Made by a program: the position numbers and the translations under genes. From Octopus vulgaris (Eukaryota), in the NCBI GenBank assembly GCA_951406725.2, contig OX597820.1:8308001-8372000 (forward strand): a stretch of DNA of 64,000 bases. The letters run 5' to 3'. Under the pieces are notes generated by a model. The model made no database searches. It worked only from the letters and a program-made list of their open reading frames with translations, and was not told the origin of the DNA. Below, piece by piece: positions 11,820 through 25,014 of this stretch. The stretch's first letter is position 1; each line of letters begins with the position of its first letter.

Positions 11820-12507
11820 TCAAAATAGATGAACATCAATGGAATTTGTATCTTTGTGGTACCAGTGCCGGTGGCACGTGGCACACAAGAAAACCATCCG
11901 AACGTGGCCGTAGCCAGTACCGCATCGGCTGGCCTCCGTGCCGTGGGCACGTAACAAACACCATCCGATCGTGGCCGTTTGCCAGCCTCGTCTGGCACCT
12001 GTGTCGGTGGCACATAAAAACACCATCTGAGCGTGGCCGTTTGCCAGCCTCGTCTGGCACCTGTGTCGGTGGCACATAAAAAACACCATCCGATCGTGGC
12101 CGTTTGCCAGCCTCGTCTGGCACCTGTGTCGGTGGCACATAAAAACACCATCCGAGCGTGGCCGTTTGCCAGCCTCGTCTGGCACCTGTGTCGGTGGCAC
12201 ATAAAAACACCATCCGAGCGTGGCCGTCTGCCAGCCTCGTCTGGCACCTGTGTCGGTGGCACATAAAAAACACCATCCGAGCGTGGCCGTTTGCCAGCCC
12301 ATCTGGCACCTGTGTCGGTGGCACATAAAATCACCCACTACACTCTCGGAGTGGTTGGCGTTAGGAAGGGCATCCAGCTGTAGAAACACTGCCAGATCTG
12401 ACTGGACTGGTGCAGCTTTCGGGCTCCCCAGACCCCAGTTGAACCGTCCAACCCATGCTAGCATGGAAAGCGGACGTTAAATGATGATGATGATGATGAT
12501 GATGATG
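11820..12507 (+). mobile_element. RTE 3' UTR copy with homogeneous 62-bp tandem array
   Basis: gtggcacataaaa starts at 12007, 12069, 12132, 12194, 12256 and 12318, plus two diverged upstream units. Conserved 3' block and (gat)n tail follow. Confidence 0.9.
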
Positions 12508-13077
12508 AAACACACAAATACACACACACGTGTGGTGTGTATGTTGATATATTATACAATAACAAAACATACACACACACACGCACGCAATTAGCCTACC
12601 ATTATATATATATGTTGTCATAACCATATGTTTAATTATCATTTATTTACTTAGTCTCCGTGGGACTTAATTTCACAGTTAATTAATTATAGATATATGA
12701 CTCCATACACATGCGTCACACATACTTTTATATATGTGTGCGATCATGCATACGCATGTACGTATTTATATGTACATACATAAATATGTGTATATCTATA
12801 TATATATATATACACACATACACATGTATATATATATATATAATTATACACACACACATATATATACACACGTACATTTATATTTCCTGACACACCTCAC
12901 TTCATGTATTATACATTACATGCATTAACATTATTAGTTGGACATTGAATATATACATCTGTATACATACATATACATTCACCACATAGTAGTGTGTATA
13001 TGACTGCACCCATACATGTGCATAAGTGTGTATGTATGTGTGTGTAATTTACCCTCCACAAAACTAGTCTATATATG

Positions 13078-14325
13078 TCGTCATCATCATCATCGTTTAA
13101 TGTCCGTTTTCCATGCTAGCATGGGTTGGACGGTTCGACCAGGGTCTGGGAAGTCAGGAGGCTGCACCAGGCTCCAATCTTGATCTGGCAGTGTTTCTAC
13201 AGCTGGATGCCCTTCTTAATGCCAACCACTCCGTGAGTGTAGTGGGTGCTTTTTACATGCCACCAGCACAGGGGCCAGACAACGCTGGCAACGGCCACGA
13301 TTGGTTGGTGCTATTTACATGCCACCAGCACAGAAGCCAGCTGAGGTGGCGCTGGCATCGGCCACTTTCAGATGGTGCTTTTTATGTGCTACCTGCACGG
13401 GTATCACGACTAAAATTTCCATTCAATTTTCATTTTGATGTACTTGACTCAATAAGTCTCCTGAAACACAGCAGATTGCCCTACGATCCAAGGTACTTTT
13501 GAATGGGCTGGGCTGGTTATGCGAAACTGGTGTAGGATACAGCCGTGAACTTACTTTATTTGCCAGGTCTTCGCAGTCACAGCATATCTCCAGAGGTCTC
13601 AGTGTTTCGTCATTGCCTCTGTGAGGCCCAACATTCAAAGGTCATGTTTGACCACCTCATCCCATGTCTTCCTGGGTCTACCTCTAACCCAGATTCATTC
13701 AACTGTTTGGGAGTGGCACTTCTTCACACATCTCTCCTCATCCATCCATAGTACATGACAATACCAGTGCAAACGTTTCTCTTGCACGCCACATCCGATG
13801 CTTATGTCCAACATTTCTCTCAGGGCGCTTACACTCTGTCGTGTGTGCACACTGACATTATACATCCAGCGGATTATGCTAGCTTCATTTCTTTCAAGCC
13901 TACACACGTCCTCTGCAGTGAAGGCTCATGTTTCACTGCCATGAAGCATGGCAGTTCTCACACATGCATCATACAATCTACCTTTCACTCTGAGCAAGAG
14001 ATCCTTTGTCACCAGTAGGGGTAGAAGCTTTCTAAACTTTGCCCAGGCTATTCTTATTCTAGTAGTAACACACTCTGAGCATCCACCCCCACTACTAACT
14101 TGGTCACCTAGGTAGCGGAAGCTATCAACTACTTCTAGTTTCTCCCCCTGGCATGTGATGGAATCTGTTTTCTAAGCATCTGTGGTGTCCATTGCCACTG
14201 TGCATCTGCCACACACAAAAGCTATCTTCTCGCTTAATCTTCTTTTGATATTGCTGCATCTCTTATGTGTCCATAACTTACACTGTGTACATCCTATGGA
14301 GTTTCTACCTACACCTTTTCTCCGT
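13078..14325 (-). mobile_element. 5'-truncated RTE LINE: ORF2 C-terminal part plus full 3' UTR
   Basis: Minus strand reads RKGVGRNS.GCTQCKLWTHKRC..VCGRC..LEVVDSFRYLGD..RLERNEASIIRW..RLHW, continuing directly into the family C UTR and (gat)n tail. Confidence 0.9.
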
Positions 14326-14907
14326 AACACAGACTTTACCATGTTTAATTATACACCCTCCAATACCACACACATGAATATATGAACTCACAGGAGTGTG
14401 GGTGTATATAAGGGAGTGTGTGCAGCATTTGTTTACTTTGTGTTCTATAAATGTTCAATACAACTTTATATCACAGGTGTGTAGAATGTGATGTTAATTC
14501 TAAACAGAGATTAGATTCCTGGAGTAAACGGTTAAGGTGTTGCACTCATGATTTTGAGAATGTGATTTCAATTCCCAGGCCAGGTGGTGCATTTAGTTCA
14601 TGAGCAAACCACGTGATTTCATGCTGCTCTGTGATAAATTCAATTCATCTGACTCACCTGTGCACCACCAGTACAGGTAATGTCAATTTGATGGAGAGAA
14701 TGGGCTTATGTGAACACAAACATTTAATCACTATAAACAAATCATTTGGCAGGAAAATGCGGAACAGTCATCCATTGTCTAATGATGGGGAAAGTCCATG
14801 AGAGAGTCCATAGTATTCCAGGAACACATACAGGTTATTCAGTCAACCAAACACATCAGTAAAGTGTAAACAAACCATTTGGAACGGTAGAAAGTCTTCA
14901 AATAATA

Positions 14908-15069
14908 GGCGCAGGAGTGGCTGTGTGGTAAGTAGCTTGCTTACCAACCACATGGTTCCGGGTTCAGTCCCACTGCGTGGCATCTTGGGCAAGTGCCTTC
15001 TGCTATAGCCCCGGGCCAACCAATGCCTTGTGAGTGGATTTGGTAGACGGAAACTGAAAGAAACCTGTC

Positions 15070-15121
<52 letters not shown>

Positions 15122-15333
15122 ATGTGTTTGTGTGTCTGTGTTTGCCCCCCTAGCATTGCTTGACAACCGATGCTGGTGTGTTTACGTCCCCGTCACTTAG
15201 TGGTTCGGCAAAAGTGTTCCGATAGAATAAGTACTGGGCTTACAAAGAATAAGTCCCGGGGTCGATTTGCTCGACTAAAGGCGGTGCTCCAGCATGGCCA
15301 CAGTCAAATGACTGAAACATGTAAAAGAGAGTA
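14908..15333 (+). mobile_element. SINE family A
   Basis: Full-length copy starting ggcgcaggagtggctgtgtgg. Confidence 0.9.
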
Positions 15334-15567
15334 GCCTAATTTGTTGGAATCCTTTGTCATCAGAAGAATTGTCTCTGAAATTTTTGAAGAAGAGTTTTTT
15401 AAGCCTGTGTTGGCACATCATACTTAGCTAATTTGCTTTTTTGTTTTTTATGGGGTTTTTCCTCTTTTTATTCAGAATTGAGTACAATATATAGCTTTAC
15501 CTATAACATATAAGCTGCAGCCCTTTGATTTGTTCCTAAATACTTATGACTTAATATTCCCTACGTT

Positions 15568-15761
15568 TGTGCAGGTGGTACGTAAAAAGCACCCACTACA
15601 CTCGCGGAGTGGTTGGCGTTAGGAAGGGCATCCAGCTGTAGAAACACTGCCAGATCAGACTGGAGCCTGGTGCAGCCCCTGGCTTCCCAGACCCCGGTCG
15701 AACCGTCCAACCCGTGCTAACGCGGAAAACGGATGTTAAACGATGATGATGATGATGATGA
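15568..15761 (+). mobile_element. RTE 3' UTR copy (short)
   Basis: Conserved 3' block with (gat)n tail. Confidence 0.85.
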
Positions 15762-15880
15762 CATCAAGTTGATGATCAATCTCTGACCCTTAATTTCCAA
15801 ATGTCATTTGAAATTACTGTGGCGTTTTCCAAGAACCAGTTACAGAATTCCTTTTTGGAATAGCTACAGGTGACTTTTAA

Positions 15881-16097
15881 CCCTATAGTGTTCACATTAT
15901 TCTGCCAAAACTAATCCCTTTTCACATTGTTTTGAACTAATCATGCATTATCTTGTAGCTATGAGATTTTGATGAGGTAGCTGTTAATTTTGAAAACGAT
16001 ATTGTAGGGTTGGTGTGAGAGACCAGATCTGGCCAGTTTGACCATAAAACAGGCAGAATACTTTTGGCCGGATATGGCCAGTTTAAATGCTAAAGGG
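15881..16097. mobile_element. piggyBac-like MITE
   Basis: TTAA|ccctatag ... gctaaaggg|TTAA. A related copy in the opposite orientation lies at 21645-21864. Confidence 0.75.
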
Positions 16098-16239
16098 TTA
16101 AAAGTAACAAACTGGACAGCTTAATTAGATGGGCTAATTTCCATCCTGTTTTGGGATTTCATCATTAATGCAGTACTTTTTTACCTGTCGACAGAGACAC
16201 AGTTTATAAACCCACTATTAGTTCAACATACAGCTACAG

Positions 16240-16790
16240 ATGCAATACCTGGACACATCATCAGTGTTGTATCCTGGGGTTAATGGTAGTTTCAGGAGTT
16301 ACACCATAACCCCATACGGAGGTGACCTGACCTAGGTTGACCAAGCCTAAGCCTGTGTTAAAGCACCATTCTACTGACCCCCACCAATCACCCCTTTTCC
16401 GTCAGAGCCATCTAGAGGCTTTTGTCAGCAGCCTCTCCATCATTCTGGATTATTCTACTTCTGCTCATTCCTGTTTGGCCAGGGTTACATAGGCCTCACT
16501 CAGGGAATGACCAGCAAATCCTCAACTGCCCACCTCCACTGACAAGCATGTGATTCTGCACCTTTCTCCAGGTATTTAGTTCTCTTCCTCTCTTGCACTG
16601 CCTCCATCCTTACGTCCCAGGACACAGTCGACTCCGATAGGATTAGCTGCCACATTGCCTCGCAAACTAAAAGGATATCTGGACTCAGTGAGGGCTCGGC
16701 TAATGTGTGACGGGAATCTTAGCTGCTTCTCCGGATCGACTTTCACCTCACAGACACATGCTGTGGAAAGTAAGGCAAAAGGGCCGCTGC
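16240..16790 (-). mobile_element. HERO-like (R2-group, restriction-like endonuclease) non-LTR retrotransposon 3' fragment
   Basis: Minus strand with frameshifts reads VDPEKQLRFPSHI..LSPDILLVCEAMWQLILSESTVSWDVRMEAVQERKRTKY..VEVGS.GFAGHSL..KASRWL, matching the PD..E RLE C-terminus. 3' stem ggataca..ctgatga..tgtgtcc. Confidence 0.75.
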
Positions 16791-18157
16791 TGCTGCTACT
16801 ACTGCGATTGGATCAAGTAACTTGGATGAACCAATTTGCATATATCCATAACACATTCTTGGCAGCTAATTTGATGAATAAATAACAGTCATCCATACCA
16901 CCACCACCACCACCACCACCACCATCGTGAATGTTTATACTAAAGAAAGTTAGAGGTGCAGTGGAGATGTGGGGGAGGGGAGGGGGGACAGGAGAAAATC
17001 CTCTAGCTTCCCACCCCCCACCACCTCGTTACCTCGTTAGCAGAGTAAGGGGGAAAGTATTGATTAGATTCTTGGGTAACTAATTAAACATCTAGGAGCA
17101 TGGAAAACGGATGTTAAACGATGATGATGATGATGATGATGATGAAAGTGTGTACATTGGGTAAGTGTGTGTATGTGTGTGTGTGTGTACCTGTTTATGA
17201 ATGCAAATTTATAGATGGGTATATGTGGGCGTGTAAAATAGAAGTACTTATCTGTAGATAAACGTGCAGATATATATATATCAGAGTACGTGTGTGTGTG
17301 TGTGTGTGTGTGTATATAAGCATATGTTGTGTGTTCAGGTGTACATGCACGTGTACAGGGACCAACATGTGTGTGCACATGTGCAGTTAGTGTACGTGTG
17401 TGCATGCAGTGTGTTGCATACTTCACCCTTTTTCACTCCCCCTCCCACTGTTTTTAACAAATTCCTCCTACCCCCTCATAAACATTATTCCCACCTCACT
17501 CCCACTCTCATCCACCTTATCAAAACCTCTGTTGCCACCCCCTAATTCACCCCCACCCCCCACCCACACTCTATCCCCTCCAACAGTATACAGAATAAAC
17601 TGTCAGTCTCTCACACCACCACCGCCACCACTTCCATATTTGTTTATCAGATAGTGATGGCGATGGTGGTAGTAGTGAGAGTAATGATAGAGTATGAAGA
17701 GTATATGATGATGATGATGATGATGTTGGTGGCAGCATGCATGGAAGCTTGTCATAGTATTGGGTCCTGCTCCGAAAACAGACCCTCACTTTAACAATAC
17801 CAGTCCTCATCCCTACACAGAAGACGTTAAAGTACATTTAGGGCGTGAGGTGAGGATTAGTGGGTTCATCAAAGGGCATTTTGTCCTCCACCACAAGACA
17901 GAACATCATTTGTCCCCAACCATGTCATCATTTCTCTCCCTCTCCCTCCTTTTCTCCCTCTCTCATTCTACTATTGGGAGTTCAAATCCTGCAGAGATCA
18001 ATTTTACTTTTCATCCCTCTTGAGGCAATAAAGTAATGAACCAATTCAAAAACAGGAGTCAATGGTATCAACCAGTGCCCCATAACCTTAAAAATTGCTG
18101 GCCTTGGGTCTAAATTTTAAACTATTATTATTATTATTATTCATTAGTCTTCTTTTT

Positions 18158-18393
18158 ATATTTCTTTATTACCCACAAGGGGCTAAACACAGAGGGGACA
18201 AACAAGGACAGACAAAGGTATTAAGTCGATTACATCGACCCCAGTGCGTAACTGGTACCTTAATTTATCGACCCCGAAAGGATGAAAGGCAAAGTCAACC
18301 TCGGCGGAATTTGAACTCAGAACGTAACGGCAGACAAAATACCACTAAGCATTTCGCCCGGTATGCTAACAATTCTGCCATCTCCCCACCTTC
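18158..18393 (-). mobile_element. SINE family B monomer
   Basis: Full unit flanked by the duplication ttagtcttctttttat. Confidence 0.9.
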
Positions 18394-18741
18394 AATTTAG
18401 TCTTCTTTTTATCCCTTGCTTTCACTGCATTACAGAGTACAGCATGCCTTGGCTATGTGCAGTGCCTAGTGGTGCTATTTTCTCTATGTTATATACTTGT
18501 AAGTTCTGCAGTTTTTGTTATGTATTTGTCTGAATGTTTTGTTTTACCATACCTAATGCACCTTTTGTGATAAGAATTGTTTCTATTTTTAGGTTCCACA
18601 TTCGAGTTACCCCTATTTCCAAATCTTCAGTCACTCCATTCACCCCCGCCCTTTTTTTCTACACTGTCAGTCATCTCCCCTCTCTTCCCCCAGCTTTTCC
18701 TCATTTATACTCACTCTCTCACCCTACCTCTACCTCTATTA

Positions 18742-18781
<40 letters not shown>

Positions 18782-20394
18782 ATACACTCTTCCAACCACT
18801 ACCCATCCACACTTCATGTTCTCTTCTCACTTACTTTGCATCATGAGGGTCCACCACCCTGACACCTCATCACCCTTATTCTCGTTCCAGCTCCCCCTCT
18901 CTCTTCTGTAACACCAATAGCCATGGAGCTCCTCCCCCTCCTCCTCCTCCTCCACAGCAAGAAACCTCTTCTCACACATTACTCTCCCCATCCTGCAGTA
19001 TAAAACCACTTCCCCCTCTCTACTGTTGAAGTGAGTCATGGCCTTGCAGGCTCTATGGTAACCTCACTAGGGCTGGTGCCAGGAAAAAGCACACAAACAC
19101 ACCTGCCCTGTCCATGCTGTGAAGTGGTTGGCATTAAGAAAGGCATCCAGGTGTAGAAACCATTCCAAAGCAGACATTGGAGCGGGAGACAGTTTTGGGA
19201 TCTGGCTGGATCCTGTCAAGCTGTCCAATCAATGCCAGCATGGAAGATGGATGTTAAGTGATGAGGATGATGATGATGATGATGATGAGTTGAAGACATG
19301 GTTGTTATTATTATTAGTTGCTTAACCCTAGGTCGTACCAGACCAAACAAGCTTATTTGTAATTAACAATAACTAATTAATCACTTGTGTTTGTGTAGAA
19401 CTTAACAAGATATGCGCTTTTGTTAAGGGGACAGGGAATGACAAGGTCACAAACACTGTGGGACATCCCCCCCCAAACTCACCCACCACCCTAGTTTAAT
19501 TAGGTTTATTAATGAGGGGAGATAGAAAGGATTATCATTATCTACTGAGGGGAGGGGGTAGGGGATATCCTCAGGCCCCCTAAAACTCAGACAACACATA
19601 CAATAACCACCATAACTACCACTACAACCACCACCACCACCACCACCACCATGACAACCATCCCTAACAGCACATTGACCATTACTGCTGGCACCACCAC
19701 CACCAAAGAAAACACCTTCACCCCCTCCAACCCCCAACAACTAGTAAAATCTTTGTAACTATGCAAACCTGATAAGACCAGATACATACACCCCCACCAC
19801 TACCACCACTGCTACCCCACCCGCACCAATTCAGACAATAAGCCAGTGTTTTAAGCCCTCTAACCCACTTCAAACCCTCACTCACATCTCTCACCACTTC
19901 CTCCCTCCCACCGACATCGTTTCTTTAATCTTTTAATTACCAGCTTCCTTATCATTACTCCTCATACACCACCACCATCATCATCATCATCATCACCAAT
20001 TATAGTATGCTACCATCATACACCACCACCATCAACATCAACATTCACTGTGATTAGCACATCATCATCACCACAACCATCATCATCACCAGACCACCCA
20101 TCACACTACTGTCAGTATGACCACCACCACAACACATCACATAAATAACCTGCACACTGTAAACAGTATGTTAGTCACATCAATCAATATTAGTCACACT
20201 AATCAATACACGTGATTTAACGCATTGCTGACTACATTAAATGTGTAGCTACACGCACGCACACACACACACATACATACACAGAGGCACTGTACATACA
20301 TATACACACACATCTACTGCAGCCATACACGCTGTGCACAGAGGTAGATTTTACTGCAATATCATCATCGTTTAACGTCCGTTTTCCATGCTAG

Positions 20395-20650
20395 CAGATG
20401 GCTTCCAGAGGAGAAGAGGAGAAATTACCTCGTTTGCAGCTCTACAACAATGTCCAGCAAACTGGACTCTCTCCTACCTTTCACAAGAGATGATACAGGT
20501 GGTGGTTTCCCATATATTTGTACTTTGGTTGGATGATGCTTCCACGAGAGATTTTGAGCTCTCATAAGGAGGCGAGTGTAAGTTCCATCCAACCGCCTCT
20601 CAAGCTTCTTTGATAACGTCCAGGTTTCTGAGCCATAAGGTAGAATGGTA
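20395..20650 (-). mobile_element. RTE/RTEX-like LINE ORF2 fragment
   Basis: ILPYGSETWTLSKKLERRLDGTYTRLLMRAQNLSWKHHPTKVQIYG in ORF 20425-20808. Confidence 0.75.
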
Positions 20651-20741
20651 GAGATGGTGGCAGTGCTGATGGTGGTGGTGGTGATGGGGACAGAATGAAA
20701 TGTTGTCATGACGGGCTGTGTTGGTGGTATTAATGTAGCAC

Positions 20742-21147
20742 GAAGGTGGCGAGCTGGCAGACACGTTACCACGCCGGGCGAAATGCTTAGTGGTATTTTG
20801 TCTGTCACTACGTTCTGAGTTCAAATTCAGCCGAGGTCGACTTTGCCTTTCATCCTTTCGGGGGTCGATAAATCAAGTACCAGTTACGCACTGGGGGTCA
20901 ATGTAATCGACTTAATCCGTTTGTCTGTCCTCGTTTGTCCTCTCTGTGGGTAGTAAAGAAATAGGTATTTCGTCTGCTGTTACGTTCTGAGTTCAAATTC
21001 CACCGAGGTCGACTTTGCCTGTCATCCTTTCGGGGTCGATAAATTAAGTACCAGTTACACACTAGAGTCAATGTAATCGACTTAATCTGTTTGTCTGTCC
21101 TTGTTTATCCTCTCTGTGTTTAGCCCCTTGTGGGTAGTAAAGAAATA
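20742..21147 (+). mobile_element. SINE family B dimer with TSD
   Basis: Junction aaagaaatag|gtatttcgtctg. TSD gtattaatgtagcac on both sides. Confidence 0.9.
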
Positions 21148-21229
21148 AGTATTAATGTAGCACCACCGCCACCACCACCACCATACCATCACCCACCATG
21201 CAATACATCAAAGCCAATTCTGAAATGTT

Positions 21230-21588
21230 TTGCTTCCCTCCAAATATTTACTGAGCAACAACAATAACAATTTATACGTATTTACACATCTCTATATATA
21301 TATGCTCACATGCATACATATCTACACATACCCATATATATGCACATGTATTTACATACACACACACACAGCTACACACATGCTCACATGCAAGTGTACA
21401 TATACATTTACACACACACACACACACACTCGTGTACACACACAAACGCACACATATTTACATGCTCACACACAAATGTGCACACACACACACACTCATG
21501 TATACACACACGCACACATATTTACATGCTCACACACAAATGTACACACACACACATGTATACACACACGCACACACATATTTACATG

Positions 21589-21621
<33 letters not shown>
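21230..21621. repeat. Degenerate (CA)n/(CATA)n microsatellite with higher-order units
   Basis: Repeated catatttacatgctcacacac motifs within CA tracts. Confidence 0.9.
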
Positions 21622-21624
<3 letters not shown>

Positions 21625-21644
21625 AGAGCCACAAGATTGCTTGA

Positions 21645-21864
21645 CCCTTTAGCATTTAATCCGGCCATATCCAGCCCAAATATTCCACCTGTTTTATGTT
21701 AAAACTGTCTGGATCCAACCTCTCACACCTACCCTACAATGTCATTTTAAAAATTCATTGCCACACCATTTAAATTTTGAAATTACAAAATAAAATGTGA
21801 TCAATTCAAAACAGCATGAATAAATAAGCAATAAATTTCACAAAGAAATCTGAATGCCAAAGGG
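21645..21864. mobile_element. piggyBac-like MITE (second copy)
   Basis: ttga|ccctttagcatt ... aatgccaaaggg|ttaa. Reverse-complement similarity to 15881-16097. Confidence 0.7.
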
Positions 21865-21920
21865 TTAAATATGGTGCCTCCATCTTTTGCCCTGCTAGAA
21901 ATAGCAACCAAATCTCAAAT

Positions 21921-22508
21921 CTATTTCTTTACTACCCACAAGGGGCTAAACACAGAGAGGACAAACAAGGACAGACAAACGGATTAAGTCGATTACATCA
22001 ACCCCAGTGCGTAACTGGTATTTAATTTATCGACCCCGAAAGGATGAAAGGCAAAGTCGACCTCAGCGGAATTAGAACTCAGAACGTAACGGCAGACGAA
22101 ATACCTATTTCCTTACTACCCACAAGGGGCTAAATACAGAGGGGACAAACAAGGACAGACAAACGGATTAAGTCGATTACATTGACCCTAGCGCATAACT
22201 AGTACTTAATTTATCAACCCCGAAAGGATGAAAGGCAAAGTCGACCTCAGCGGAATTTGAACTCAGAACGTAACGGCAGACGAAATACCTATTTCCTTAC
22301 TACCCACAAGGGGCTAAATACAGAGGGGACAAACAAGGACAGACAAACGGATTAAGTCAATTACATTGACCCTAACGCATAACTGGTACTTAATTTATCA
22401 ACCCCGAAAGGATGAAAGGCAAAGTCGACCTCGGCAGAATTTGAACTTAAAACGTAACCGCGGACGAAATACCGCTAAGCATTTCGCCCGGCGTGCTAAC
22501 GCTTCTAC
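21921..22508 (-). mobile_element. SINE family B trimer
   Basis: ctatttc starts at 21921, 22105 and 22289 (184-bp period). Only the last unit carries the tRNA-like head. Confidence 0.92.
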
Positions 22509-23402
22509 CACTAGCACCAGCACTTGTGCAGTCACCATGCAACCTGCAAAACTAAGATCCCCTTTGCTTGGGAGAGGTGGGTGGGGGCTACAGTAAAGAG
22601 AGGAGAGGCTTTGTGCAACAGGATGAGGGATTAACATATGAGAGCAGGGTCCAGAAGAGGTTTCTGGCTAATCATGGTCTAGAAGAGAGGGTAGGCATGG
22701 CCTGGGTGGGGCTGGAAAAAGAAATAAAAATAAGGGTAATGCAATGTCGGGGTGGACCCACAAGCCATCTGAATAAATGACAGGTTGGTCATGGTTGGAA
22801 CAACTTTGATCTTCACGCTGCTGGATCAAGGCCGACCTTGGGTTAAGCAACAATCACCATTAATACTTTTATCTATTCGATTATGGAGTTCTAGATACTA
22901 TAGACCATAATATTGATACTGTGGGTGGGATGGTCACGAGTGGAGAACTCTTGATCATATTAAGTCTACTAAATGAGGACGTGTCTGGGGGTTAAACAAT
23001 AAGACACACCACGCATTAGATAATGCAGTCCAAATATGGTCAGGACTGGACCTGGGGCTAAACAAGGGCAGACACATAAGATAATGTAGTCCTAGGTATA
23101 TTCAGCCTGAATTCAAATTGAGATGGTCATCTTTGATCTGAGATGTCTCCAAGATCAAAGTGTTAAAACAACAGAGAACAGGAGGGGGGGTAGATCCACA
23201 CAGACTGTCACCCCACCCACCCTGATGTATAATGTTTATGTTAGTGGGTGCCTAGTGATCCTTTGACAATAGTCCCTGGAATGTTCACAGTGTTTGATCT
23301 GGGACTTGCACTCCCAGGTTTAGACAAATGCCATATCAACTTCAGTTAAGGTTGACCTAAATATTATTAAGCAACATCTTTCTTCCACCACATTCCCTCC
23401 TC

Positions 23403-23417
<15 letters not shown>

Positions 23418-23464
<47 letters not shown>

Positions 23465-24115
23465 ACTACACACAATAAATACAATATTTAAACATGTGAT
23501 TTCCCCCAACATACACATTCAACCACACACACACATACACACTTTCTCTCTCTCTCTCTCTCTCTGTCTATACACACAAACATATACATACACACTGCCA
23601 GAAACCTTAGAAGCTGTAATGTGCATACCACACATACAACTACACTAACTAATGTGTGTACACACACCAATTGCACGCATACACACACACACAGCATGCA
23701 CACACATAAACACTCACACACAGAGCATGCACACACATAAACACTCACACACACAGCATGCACACACATAAACACACGCACACACAGCATGCACACACAT
23801 ACGCACACACACAGCATGCACATACATAAACACACACTCACACACACAGCATGCACACACATAAACACACACACACACACAGCATGCACACACATAAACA
23901 CACACACACACACACATGCACATACATAAGCACACACACACAGCATGCACACACATAAACACACGCACACACAGCATGCACACACATAAACACACACACA
24001 CACACAGCATGCACACACATAAACACACACACACACACAGCATGCACACACATAAACACACACACACCATACATAAACACACACACAACCATACATAAAC
24101 ACACACACAATACAT

Positions 24116-24153
<38 letters not shown>

Positions 24154-24195
24154 CACACACACACACACACACAACACACACCATACACACACATG
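23418..24195. repeat. CA-derived minisatellite (cacacagcatgcacacacataaa units)
   Basis: Higher-order repeat of gcatgc/cataaa interruptions within (CA)n. Source of the Cys/Val ORFs. Confidence 0.92.
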
Positions 24196-24435
24196 CTGCA
24201 ACATGTGAAGATCCATTCTTGTGGTAACAATATCACTGCTGTCAGTAAGAAGGGTGGTTCTAAAGATAAGACACGGCTTAGCTGTTAGCAGCACCAGTTA
24301 CCATTTAATAGAGGAGATGATAAAATATAAGATATATGGAATTGGTTGAAATCTAACAGACCTGACAATGTTATCTGGCACATGGCACCACAGAAGACAA
24401 GCATTGTTGTATATGAATCAGCTGATAATCTCTAG

Positions 24436-24539
24436 ACAGAGGCAGCTTCCTGAAAGAACTGGCAGAGATTGAGACCATCTTCAGTGAACCTAAAAGTTTG
24501 GACAATGTCATGTTGTTTATTTTATTCAAACCAGCACAG
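24436..24539 (+). CDS. Candidate internal exon of an unidentified gene
   Basis: ctctag| acceptor and CAG|GTACGG donor. Open frame RGSFLKELAEIETIFSEPKSLDNVMLFILFKPAQ in non-repeat sequence. The pyrimidine tract is weak. Confidence 0.25.
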
Positions 24540-25014
24540 GTACGGCCATGATGGAGCAATGCTGGTTTGTTGTTTTTTTTATGGTTTGATAAGAATGTAT
24601 TGAGGGGCAGGTTGTTTCCCAAATGCATGGTTTTGAGTTCAGGCCCACTGCAGGGTACCTCGGGAAAGTGTCTTCTACTATAGCCCTAGGTCAACTAAAA
24701 GTCTTGTGACAGGATGTGGTAGATGGAAACTGAAAGAAGCCTGTTAAATTAGTGACATAGGTCAGTGACTTCTAACTTTAACTTGAAGGTCTGAGAGACA
24801 AAAATCAGTTTGAAAAAAAAGAAAGATATGGAAGCTTAAAGAAACATTAAACAGTCAGATTTTTAGAGAAATAATCCTAAGTGAAGCATTGGATGAAAAG
24901 GAAGAAAAGACAGACACAGTCTGGTGTAGAAGACAACTGGAAGTTCCTGTCAGACAACAGAGGAAGGGGTACAGGCTGAAGGTAACATGAAGAGAGAACA
25001 AGGAGGAAGATGGG

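Noticed and set aside
11810-12464. Repetitive ORFs / CRISPR-like periodicity
   Set aside because: The 62-bp units are near-identical end to end with no unique spacers and no cas genes, and they sit in a LINE 3' UTR.
16250-16300. CTGATGA/GAAA as a hammerhead in the HERO-like 3' end
   Set aside because: CTGATGA lies in the loop of a simple ggataca/tgtgtcc stem, and the three hammerhead stems cannot be built.
23488-24294. 268-aa Cys/Val-rich ORF (metallothionein/keratin-like look)
   Set aside because: It is a (TG)n-derived minisatellite translation.
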